From positions 3,162,001 to 3,226,000 of the forward strand of contig NC_000964.3 in the NCBI RefSeq assembly GCF_000009045.1: DNA of 64,000 nt, in the 5' to 3' direction. Positions 56,525 to 64,000 of this stretch are shown piece after piece. The notes below the pieces were generated by a model. The model ran no database searches. It was not told where the DNA came from and worked only from the letters and a program-made list of their open reading frames with translations. Position 1 is the stretch's first letter. Every line of letters begins with the position of its first letter. The DNA is from Bacillus subtilis subsp. subtilis str. 168 (GTDB lineage: Bacteria > Bacillota > Bacilli > Bacillales > Bacillaceae). The translations under genes and the position numbers were made by a program.

Positions 56525-56857
56525 ATGTTTTGTACATTTTTTGAAAAACATCACCGGAAGTGGGACATACTGTTAGAAAAAAGCACGGGTGTGATGGAAG
56601 CTATGAAAGTGACGAGTGAGGAAAAGGAACAGCTGAGCACAGCAATCGACCGAATGAATGAAGGACTGGACGCGTTTATCCAGCTGTATAATGAATCGGA
56701 AATTGATGAACCGCTTATTCAGCTTGATGATGATACAGCCGAGTTAATGAAGCAGGCCCGAGATATGTACGGCCAGGAAAAGCTAAATGAGAAATTAAAT
56801 ACAATTATTAAACAGATTTTATCCATCTCAGTATCTGAAGAAGGAGAAAAAGAATGA
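56525..56857 (+). CDS. mstX: Mistic (membrane-integrating protein); probable in vivo start at 56603
   Basis: Recognised sequence MKVTSEEKEQLSTAIDRMNEGLDAFIQLYNESE; ATGA overlap with yugO. Confidence 0.88.
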   Translation: MFCTFFEKHHRKWDILLEKSTGVMEAMKVTSEEKEQLSTAIDRMNEGLDAFIQLYNESEIDEPLIQLDDDTAELMKQARDMYGQEKLNEKLNTIIKQILSISVSEEGEKE

Positions 56858-57840
56858 AATCAAATCGGATATTTATTTCATGGCTCAGGTGGCCGTTATT
56901 TATCCGAATCGGGGTTATTATTTTATGTCTGATTCTTTTGTTCGGCCAAATCATTTATATACTTGAGCCTAAGCAGTTCACTTCGGTATTCGAAGGTATT
57001 TGGTGGGCTGTCGTTACGGTTTCTACAGTCGGTTATGGAGACTATGTGCCGCACACTCCGCTGGGACAGGCAGCCGGAATACTGCTGATTTTGAGCGGAG
57101 CAAGCTTTGTCACAGCGTATTTCGCTACGTTATCAGCGGCCGCATTCAGCAGACAGCATCGCTACATTGAAGGAAAAGTTGCTTACAAAGGCCGGGACCA
57201 CATCATTCTGATCGGGTGGAATGAAAAAACAAACCGGCTTTTGAAGGACCTTCAGCTTGCCGCCCCTTCCAAAACAGTCGTACTAATCGATGAATCCTTA
57301 ACAGAAGGCCCGCTTATTGAAAACGTTCATTTCATACGCGGGCACGCTGCCGATGATGGGACACTGAAACGGGCCAATATTACTGAAGCGGAATCAGTGA
57401 TGATTACTGCCGATCAGTATAAAAGTGAAACTGATGCTGATATGCTGTCAGTGCTGACTCTTTTATCTGTTAAAGGTCTTAATCCCCTTGCTTACTGCAT
57501 CGTCGAGATTTTAACTGACCGTTTTGTCACCAATGCGGAACGGGCAGGCGCAAACCAAATCATCGGAACTTCAGAATTTATCAGCCGGGCGATGCTGCAG
57601 CATTACCAAGTCAAGTTACGGCCGTCTAAACAGCAGAACGGAATCAAGCTGACACTTGATCAGCATGTGGAGCTTCTTGCTGTTCCTGACGAACTAAAGG
57701 GAGCGGCTTACAAAACCTGTGTTCTCTATTTCCTTGATCACAACACAACAATTATAGGCATACAAAAAAAGGAGGGGCCGATGCTTTCCCCTCCTCTTAC
57801 ATACAAGGTGCTCGAAACAGATCAATTCCTTGCCATCTAG
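56854..57840 (+). CDS. yugO: K+ channel with RCK domain
   Basis: TVGYGD selectivity filter between two TMs; IIGWN RCK_N. Confidence 0.93.
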   Translation: MKSNRIFISWLRWPLFIRIGVIILCLILLFGQIIYILEPKQFTSVFEGIWWAVVTVSTVGYGDYVPHTPLGQAAGILLILSGASFVTAYFATLSAAAFSRQHRYIEGKVAYKGRDHIILIGWNEKTNRLLKDLQLAAPSKTVVLIDESLTEGPLIENVHFIRGHAADDGTLKRANITEAESVMITADQYKSETDADMLSVLTLLSVKGLNPLAYCIVEILTDRFVTNAERAGANQIIGTSEFISRAMLQHYQVKLRPSKQQNGIKLTLDQHVELLAVPDELKGAAYKTCVLYFLDHNTTIIGIQKKEGPMLSPPLTYKVLETDQFLAI

Positions 57841-58241
57841 TGTAACAGAACATCCTCCAATTCTTTCACGAGAGAGGCGCCGATATCCAAAAATGCCGGA
57901 TCAATTTCCGCGTCCCGCCTTTCCGGTTCGGAAAATTGATTAAACAGTGATTGGAAAGGCCCTCCCTCGGCGTGATCGTCAACATCCGCCTGAAACACCT
58001 GTCTCAGCATAAATGGCGTTCCGATCCGGACGGCCGCCCCTCGTTCATCGAGACTGCCCTGTACCGCATTGACGGGAATTCTTAAAAATAAATAGCCGTC
58101 TCTATCATCAATTTTATAATCAAAGTAGCCATGATCGTATTCCCAGCCGCCGTTTATCACATAACCGAGCGGCTTCATCACTTGTTCCAGTTCTTGAAGC
58201 AGAAAAGACTGCCCATCTATCGCGGAAGGTATTGGTATCAT
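57837..58241 (-). CDS. yugN: YugN-family hypothetical protein
   Basis: GGWEYDHGYFDYK motif; 134 aa. Confidence 0.8.
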   Translation of the reverse strand: MIPIPSAIDGQSFLLQELEQVMKPLGYVINGGWEYDHGYFDYKIDDRDGYLFLRIPVNAVQGSLDERGAAVRIGTPFMLRQVFQADVDDHAEGGPFQSLFNQFSEPERRDAEIDPAFLDIGASLVKELEDVLLH

Positions 58242-58300
58242 CAGAATGCCCCTTTTTTCACTTATCCTGTCCCGCCGAACAAGACTTCATTCAGAGGCGC

Positions 58301-58672
58301 CTACATGGAAATCGTTGTTTCTTTCGCGCGGCCAACAGGAAAGAAAGCGCATTCAATTAAGAAGTAAACAGCCATTGCCGCTGCAAGCCATACAGCTGAA
58401 TCCCAAGACACATAAACAACCGTTGCATAGAGTCCTAATTTAGTGAAAAGAGTATGGGTTCGTTTTAAATGCAAAATCCGATGTACCGCATCGGTAAAAA
58501 GGGCAAGCGGCAAACCAATGAGAAGAAAGGAGTGGATGAAAAAATGTGACAGCGTGCCGCCAAAGCTTGAAGAAAACCCTGTATACACGGCATCAAAGGA
58601 GATAAGGAAACTTAAAATAGCTGCAGAAAAACCGGCAATGATGAGATGTTTAACCAATTGTTTCATGAACAT
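58301..58672 (-). CDS. yugM: Four-TM hypothetical membrane protein
   Basis: 123 aa from ATG 58672 with SD AAGGTG. Confidence 0.7.
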   Translation of the reverse strand: MFMKQLVKHLIIAGFSAAILSFLISFDAVYTGFSSSFGGTLSHFFIHSFLLIGLPLALFTDAVHRILHLKRTHTLFTKLGLYATVVYVSWDSAVWLAAAMAVYFLIECAFFPVGRAKETTISM

Positions 58673-58692
58673 CAGCACCTTTCTGATTTTAT

Positions 58693-58724
58693 AAAAAGCC
58701 GACCGGCAAATGCCAGTCAGCTTT
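58693..58724 (-). terminator. pgi terminator
   Basis: AAAGCTGACTGGC-attt-GCCGGTCGGC-T5. Confidence 0.85.
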
Positions 58725-58730
58725 CTCACA

Positions 58731-60083
58731 TTAATCTTCCAGACGTTTTTCAAGCTCTGCTTTTTTCTCTTCAAAGCCAGGTTTGCCGAGTAACGCAAAC
58801 ATATTGACTTTATACGCTTCTACACCAGGCTGGTCAAACGGATTGACGCCAAGGAGGTAACCGCTCATCGCGCAGGCTTTTTCGAAGAAATATACAAGGT
58901 ATCCAAAAGTATATGCATTCAGCTCAGGAATGTTAACGATTAAGTTCGGAACATTTCCGTCTGTATGGGCAAGCATTGTACCTTGGAATGCTTTTTTGTT
59001 AACGAAATCAACAGTTTTACCGGCTAAATAGTTCAAGCCGTCAAGATCGTTATCCGCTTCCTCAATTGTCAGTTCATGTTTAGGCTTCTCTACGTTCAGG
59101 ACCGTTTCGAATAAATCTCTGCGGCCTTCTTGTACATACTGGCCTAAAGAATGAAGGTCTGTTGAATAGTTCGCTGAAGAAGGATAAATGCCCTTCTCAT
59201 CTTTCCCTTCGCTTTCTCCGAACAGCTGCTTCCACCATTCCGCAAAGTATTGAAGCGCCGGTTCGTAGTTGATGAGCATTTCAATTGTTTTGCCCTTATT
59301 ATAAAGGACATTGCGAACAACCGCATATTGGTATGCTGGGTTATCTTCCAGTTCAGATGTTGCAAAATCTTTGCTCGCATCCAGGGCGCCTTTCATCATG
59401 TCGTCAATGTTGACGCCGCTGACAGCAATCGGCAAGAGACCTACAGCTGTTAAAACTGAATAACGGCCGCCGACATCGTCAGGAATTACGAATGATTCAA
59501 AGCCTTCTTCGTTAGAAAGCGTTTTTAATGCGCCGCGCTCTTTATCAGTTGTTGCATAAATCCGCGCTTTCGCTTCTTCTTTACCGTATTTCTCTTCAAG
59601 AAGCTTGCGGAAAATACGGAAAGCGATTGCAGGTTCAGTTGTCGTACCTGATTTAGAAATCACATTAATAGAGAAGTCAACATCTTCAAGAAGATCCATG
59701 ACGTCTCTCATATAAGATGAACTGATGTTGTTCCCGATAAAAATGACTTGCGGATTGCCGCGTTTTGCTTTTGGCAAAGTGTTATAAAACGCGTGATTCA
59801 GCGCTTCAATCGCTGCCCGCGCTCCAAGATAAGAACCGCCGATGCCGACAACAAGCAAGACATCAGAGTCAGATTTGATTTTTTCCGCGCTTTTTTTGAT
59901 GCGCGCGAATTCTTCTTTATCATAATGTTCAGGGAGGTCCACCCAGCCTAGAAAATCGCTGCCCGCGCCTGTTTTCTCATGGATATTATGGTGTGCTGTT
60001 TTTACAAAGTCCCGCAGGTATGTAAGTTCATGTTCGTTGAAGAAAGTCAACGCTTTTGAGTAGTCAAAGCGTACATGCGTCAT
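58731..60083 (-). CDS. pgi: Glucose-6-phosphate isomerase
   Basis: [38 protein letters not shown]; SD GGAGGG. Confidence 0.97.
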   Translation of the reverse strand: MTHVRFDYSKALTFFNEHELTYLRDFVKTAHHNIHEKTGAGSDFLGWVDLPEHYDKEEFARIKKSAEKIKSDSDVLLVVGIGGSYLGARAAIEALNHAFYNTLPKAKRGNPQVIFIGNNISSSYMRDVMDLLEDVDFSINVISKSGTTTEPAIAFRIFRKLLEEKYGKEEAKARIYATTDKERGALKTLSNEEGFESFVIPDDVGGRYSVLTAVGLLPIAVSGVNIDDMMKGALDASKDFATSELEDNPAYQYAVVRNVLYNKGKTIEMLINYEPALQYFAEWWKQLFGESEGKDEKGIYPSSANYSTDLHSLGQYVQEGRRDLFETVLNVEKPKHELTIEEADNDLDGLNYLAGKTVDFVNKKAFQGTMLAHTDGNVPNLIVNIPELNAYTFGYLVYFFEKACAMSGYLLGVNPFDQPGVEAYKVNMFALLGKPGFEEKKAELEKRLED

Positions 60084-60160
60084 TGCTTGTCCCTCCATAA
60101 CGGTATAATGTTTTCATCTTTCACTTTATATGAACTTATCTGTGAAATCAAGTCAAGAAG

Positions 60161-60190
60161 AAAGGGCGGAATGACTGGATTCCGCCCTTT
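60161..60190 (-). terminator. yugK terminator
   Basis: AAAGGGCGGAAT-gactgg-ATTCCGCCCTTT. Confidence 0.8.
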
Positions 60191-60194
60191 GGGT

Positions 60195-61367
60195 TTATAG
60201 AGACGCGCGAAGGATGGCAAGCACGTCATCTTTGTTCAGTTTTTGGAAGTTGCCGAAGCCGCCGTGTTCCATTTCCTTGGCTGCGATATCAGCAATCAGC
60301 TCAAGCTTTTCTTCTCCAATATTGTAATCAGCAAGACGAGAAGGTGCACCGAGGCTTGTCCAGAACGCAGACAGTTTATCGATTCCTTCAAGCGCAATTT
60401 CTTTATCTGTTTTGCCTTCAGTATCAATGTCAAACATGTTGAGCATAAGGTTTTTAAAACGGCCTACATTTGTATCAAGCGTGTATCTCATCCAATTTGG
60501 GAACAGTATTGCCAAACCGCCCGCGTGCGGAATATCATATACAGCTGAAACAGCGTGTTCCATTGTATGAGAAGCCCAGTCACCGAAGTATCCCATTTGG
60601 AGCGTGCCGTTTAAAGCAATAGTACCAGCATACAAAATCGTTTCACGAAGTTCGTAGTTTTCCAGATCTTCAAGAAGCTTAGGAGCTGTTTCGATGACCG
60701 TCTGCAAAACAGCAAAGCACATTCTATCCTGAAGCGGCGTGTTTTCAACATTATGGAAGTATTGTTCGAATACGTGGCTCATCATGTCAACCATGCCGTA
60801 TACTGTTTGATTTTCTGGAACGGTGAACGTATTTTCAGGGTCTAAAATAGAGAAACGCGGATGAGTGACATTGCTGCCCCATACAAATTTCTCGTTTGTT
60901 TCCCAGTTTGTAATCACGGAATCAGGGTTCATTTCAGACCCTGTTGCAGCAAGAGTTAAAACAGTGCCAAACGGCAGCGCATCCTCCGCTGTTACTTTTT
61001 TGCTGAAAATATCCCAAGCGTCACCGTCATATTTGACGCCAGCTGCGATTGCCTTTGTACAGTCAATCACACTGCCTCCGCCGACAGCAAGCAGAAAATC
61101 AATGTCATGCTCTCTGCAAAGTCCTATGCCTTTTTCCACTGTCGCAAGACGCGGGTTTGGCTCTACACCTGACAGCTCATGAACAACAGCGCCCTCTTCT
61201 TTTAAAATGCCTGTGACTTGATCATAAAGGCCGTTGCGTTTAATGCTGCCGCCCCCGTAAACAAGCAGTACATTCTTGCCGTATCGTTTGAATTCTTTTC
61301 TTAATTGTTCAAGCTGACCTTTTCCAAAAATCAGCTTTGTCGGATTATAATAAGTGAAATTTTCCAT
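60195..61367 (-). CDS. yugK: Iron-containing alcohol (butanol-type) dehydrogenase
   Basis: [15 protein letters not shown], His metal ligands; start MENFT after GGAGG. Confidence 0.9.
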   Translation of the reverse strand: MENFTYYNPTKLIFGKGQLEQLRKEFKRYGKNVLLVYGGGSIKRNGLYDQVTGILKEEGAVVHELSGVEPNPRLATVEKGIGLCREHDIDFLLAVGGGSVIDCTKAIAAGVKYDGDAWDIFSKKVTAEDALPFGTVLTLAATGSEMNPDSVITNWETNEKFVWGSNVTHPRFSILDPENTFTVPENQTVYGMVDMMSHVFEQYFHNVENTPLQDRMCFAVLQTVIETAPKLLEDLENYELRETILYAGTIALNGTLQMGYFGDWASHTMEHAVSAVYDIPHAGGLAILFPNWMRYTLDTNVGRFKNLMLNMFDIDTEGKTDKEIALEGIDKLSAFWTSLGAPSRLADYNIGEEKLELIADIAAKEMEHGGFGNFQKLNKDDVLAILRASL

Positions 61368-61434
61368 AGTAAAACCTCCAAATGATGCTGGTAAAAAACA
61401 GATTTTCCATTGTAACATAAGTTGACAAAAAAGA

Positions 61435-61472
61435 AAAAGGGAAGCAGCCAAACGGCTATTTCCCCTTTTTTT
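61435..61472 (-). terminator. yugJ terminator
   Basis: GGGAA.TAGCC...GGCTGCTTCCC-T5 on the minus strand. Confidence 0.7.
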
Positions 61473-62634
61473 ATAGTGATGCTTTCAAAATTGACAGCAC
61501 ATCTTCTTTGTTGAGTGATTTAAATTGGCCGAATGTACCGTTAGCCATTGCCTTGTCAGCGATTGTGTCAAGCTGCTCATCATTAATATCATAATCAGCA
61601 AGACGGTTCGGAGCGCCAAGACTTGTCCAGAATGCGGACAGCTTATCGATACCTTCAAGGGCAATTTCTTCATCCGTTTTACCTGCTTCTTCAACATCAA
61701 ACACGCGAACTGCAAGCTGTTTCATGCGGGCAGGGTTTTCAGACAATGTGTGTCTCATCCAATTCGGGAACAGAATCGCCAGTCCGCCGGCATGCGGAAT
61801 ATCATAAACGGCTGATACTGCATGTTCAATATTATGAGTAGCCCAATCCCCTCTTGCCCCCATAGAAAGCATGCCGTTTAATGCGATTGTTCCTGTGTAC
61901 AGGATCGTCTCACGCAATTCGTAATTTTCGAGATCATTGATCAGCTTAGGCGCTGTTTCAATGACTGTACGCAAAAGTGATTCACACATGCGGTCCTGAT
62001 ACGGCGTGTTTGATACATGATGGAAGTATTGTTCGAATACGTGGCTCATCATGTCAACCATCCCGTAGATCGTGTGGTTTTTAGGTACGGTGAATGTATT
62101 CACCGGATCAAGAATCGAGAATTTAGGGAATACGAGCGGGCTGCCCCAGCCGTATTTTTCTTTTGTTTCCCAGTTTGTAATAACAGATCCTGAGTTCATT
62201 TCTGAACCAGTTGCAGCGAGAGTCAATACCGTTCCGAATGGCAAAGCATCTTTTGGCTGATGCTTTTTCGTAACGATATCCCACGCATCACCATCATACT
62301 TCGCTCCTGCGGCAATCGCTTTTGTACAGTCGATTACGCTTCCGCCTCCGACAGCCAGCAAGAAATCAATGTTTTGTTCTTTACAGATGGCAACACCTTT
62401 ATTAACAGTCGACACACGAGGATTCGGTTCCACACCTGCTAATTCATGCACGGTCGCTCCGGCTTTATTCAGCTGTTCAATCACTTGATCATACAGGCCG
62501 CTGCGTTTAATGCTGCCGCCTCCGTACACAAGCAATACGTTTTTTCCGTAAGGTTTGAGTTCCTCCGGAAGTCTTTCCACTTCGCCGCGCCCGAAAATTA
62601 ATTTGGTCGGATTCCAGTATGTAAAGTTTTGCAT
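61471..62634 (-). CDS. yugJ: Iron-containing alcohol (butanol-type) dehydrogenase, paralog of yugK
   Basis: Same motifs; collinear with yugK. Confidence 0.9.
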   Translation of the reverse strand: MQNFTYWNPTKLIFGRGEVERLPEELKPYGKNVLLVYGGGSIKRSGLYDQVIEQLNKAGATVHELAGVEPNPRVSTVNKGVAICKEQNIDFLLAVGGGSVIDCTKAIAAGAKYDGDAWDIVTKKHQPKDALPFGTVLTLAATGSEMNSGSVITNWETKEKYGWGSPLVFPKFSILDPVNTFTVPKNHTIYGMVDMMSHVFEQYFHHVSNTPYQDRMCESLLRTVIETAPKLINDLENYELRETILYTGTIALNGMLSMGARGDWATHNIEHAVSAVYDIPHAGGLAILFPNWMRHTLSENPARMKQLAVRVFDVEEAGKTDEEIALEGIDKLSAFWTSLGAPNRLADYDINDEQLDTIADKAMANGTFGQFKSLNKEDVLSILKASL

Positions 62635-62720
62635 GACATCTCCTCCTTAGATTTTTTATTATGCAGAATGTCCTCACCACATGTAAAGCAATCAGCTCTC
62701 ACCGATCAGCATACCAGATG

Positions 62721-62746
62721 GTTTTATTTTGCAAGGTGCTGGGAAA
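62721..62746 (+). promoter_or_regulatory. sigmaB promoter of yuzA
   Basis: GTTT-N16-GGGAAA. Confidence 0.75.
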
Positions 62747-62797
62747 GAAGCTGATATAAGCGAGGGCAGGCCAGCTTCCCTCATATGGAGAATGCAT

Positions 62798-62826
62798 GTA
62801 TAGATTCTCCAATATGTCACAATCTA
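62798..62826 (+). promoter_or_regulatory. sigmaG/sigmaF-type promoter of yuzA
   Basis: GTATA-N17-CAATCTA. Confidence 0.6.
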
Positions 62827-62863
62827 TAACTGTTTTAATAATTCATGGAGGAGGTTGCAAAAC

Positions 62864-63100
62864 ATGAGTACCATTCAAAGAATTTGTCTTGTATTAACCA
62901 TCATTGGCGCCATTAACTGGGGACTGATCGGATTTTTCCAATTTGACTTAGTAGCGGCTATCTTCGGCGGCCAAGGGTCAGCTCTTTCCCGAATCATTTA
63001 CGGACTTGTCGGAATCGCCGGCTTAATCAACCTCGGTCTGCTATTTAAGCCAAACGAGGAAAGATCACGTGAAGAAGCAGCAAATCCTGAAATGCGATAG
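62864..63100 (+). CDS. yuzA: DUF378 small membrane protein
   Basis: IGAINWGLIG.F.FDLV...G....LSRIIY.LVGIAG; SD GGAGGAGG. Confidence 0.88.
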   Translation: MSTIQRICLVLTIIGAINWGLIGFFQFDLVAAIFGGQGSALSRIIYGLVGIAGLINLGLLFKPNEERSREEAANPEMR

Positions 63101-63138
63101 GATATCAATCACGCTGAAATAGGATTTTGCATGAAATC

Positions 63139-63172
63139 AAAAGCACCGAACATTCCTGTCCGGTGCTTTTTT
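63139..63172. terminator. Bidirectional terminator yuzA/yugI
   Basis: AAAAGCACCG...CGGTGC-T6. Confidence 0.8.
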
Positions 63173-63177
63173 CATGC

Positions 63178-63570
63178 TTATTTTTTGATAAGGTCTTTGC
63201 GGTTGGACATTTCGATCCACTCTTCAAGCTTATCTTTTAATGTGTTGAAACCTTGTGGTGTAGAAGCTTCTTCGCTTACTTGAGCAGCTTTAGGTTTTCT
63301 TGGTTTGCTTTCTTTTTTCTCAGGCGCAGCTTGTGTCGCACGAATTGAAAGGCTGATTTTGCCTTTTTCTTCATCAACAGCAAGTACTTTTACTTGTACT
63401 TCGTCGCCAACTGAAAGGTGCTCGTTGATATCTTTTACGAAACCGTGAGTCACTTCAGAAATGTGTACTAAACCTTGAGTTTCTTCATCTAATGCAACAA
63501 ACGCACCATACGCTTGTAATCCTGTAACTTTACCAGTGTAAACACTGCCCACTTCAAATTTTGCTGCCAT
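63178..63570 (-). CDS. yugI: S1-domain general stress protein 13
   Basis: YGAFV, GLVHISE, GDEVQVKVLAVD, ISLS. Confidence 0.92.
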   Translation of the reverse strand: MAAKFEVGSVYTGKVTGLQAYGAFVALDEETQGLVHISEVTHGFVKDINEHLSVGDEVQVKVLAVDEEKGKISLSIRATQAAPEKKESKPRKPKAAQVSEEASTPQGFNTLKDKLEEWIEMSNRKDLIKK

Positions 63571-63620
63571 TCATAACAACTCCTAAGTTAAATTAAATAT
63601 CTGTTTATACGCAATTTAAA

Positions 63621-63649
63621 ATTATATCACACATGTCTTATTTCCGCAA
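63621..63649 (-). promoter_or_regulatory. sigmaA promoter of yugI
   Basis: TTGCGG-17-TATAAT with extended TG. Confidence 0.75.
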
Positions 63650-63771
63650 AGAAAACTTTTTTATAAAAAATCAGGTTTATGCACAGCAAAAAGGGGGTAA
63701 ACTGAAAATACCAAAGGCTTTCTAGTATTCCCCCCTTTTATTGGATGCGAACAAAAGGTTCGTATCTTTTT

Positions 63772-64000
63772 TTATGTTGTTTTGTGCAGGAAGCGTTTCA
63801 TTCTGACTAACGCTTCTTGAAGCTGTTCAATCGAGGTTGCGTATGAACAACGGATATATCCCTCACCGCTCGGACCAAACACACTTCCAGGAACAACTGC
63901 CACTTTTTCCTGCGTCAGTAGCTCCTCGGCAAACTGTTCTGAACTCATTCCCATGCTTTTGATAGATGGAAAAGCATAGAAAGCGCCGCCCGGATGATGA
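63772..64000 (-). CDS. alaT: Class I/II PLP aminotransferase, C-terminal part (runs off the window)
   Basis: PGGAFYAFP, VAVVPGSVFG..GEGYIRCSYA; 5' part lies beyond 64000. Confidence 0.85.
   Translation of the reverse strand, partial: HHPGGAFYAFPSIKSMGMSSEQFAEELLTQEKVAVVPGSVFGPSGEGYIRCSYATSIEQLQEALVRMKRFLHKTT

Overview
Low-GC Firmicute chromosomal DNA. From protein sequences and gene order I recognise it as the cotI-glg-trnB/rrnB-yua-yub-rha-mcp-yug region of Bacillus subtilis (168-like); this is recognition from memory, not a database search. Contents in order: spore kinase-like cotI, TspO-family ytaB, the glycogen operon, and a minus-strand rRNA operon (16S-23S-5S) followed by 21 tRNAs. Then TPP riboswitch-thiT, the sigmaW flotillin operon, glycine-betaine synthesis genes, bslA, c-di-AMP riboswitch-ktrAB, lytG, an MFS transporter, cysteine dioxygenase, a lone tRNA-Ala(GGC), uppP and the rhamnose operon. 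Then four tandem chemoreceptors, tgl, mstX-yugO, pgi, two tandem iron-ADH genes and the 3' end of an aminotransferase. I found no integrase, transposase, phage gene, CRISPR array or toxin/defence cassette, and almost all CDSs are known core genes. The best candidates for undescribed biology are small cis-features: (1) a 17-codon uORF containing a terminator-like hairpin upstream of the MFS gene yubD; (2) a terminator hairpin between the Shine-Dalgarno and the start codon of yugS; (3) a 65-nt GC-rich structured block abutting the 16S 5' end; (4) an SD-led micro-ORF between cdoA and tRNA-Ala; (5) a non-canonical TPP aptamer; (6) differing ligand-pocket motifs among the four chemoreceptors. All of these are read by eye and need the checks listed.
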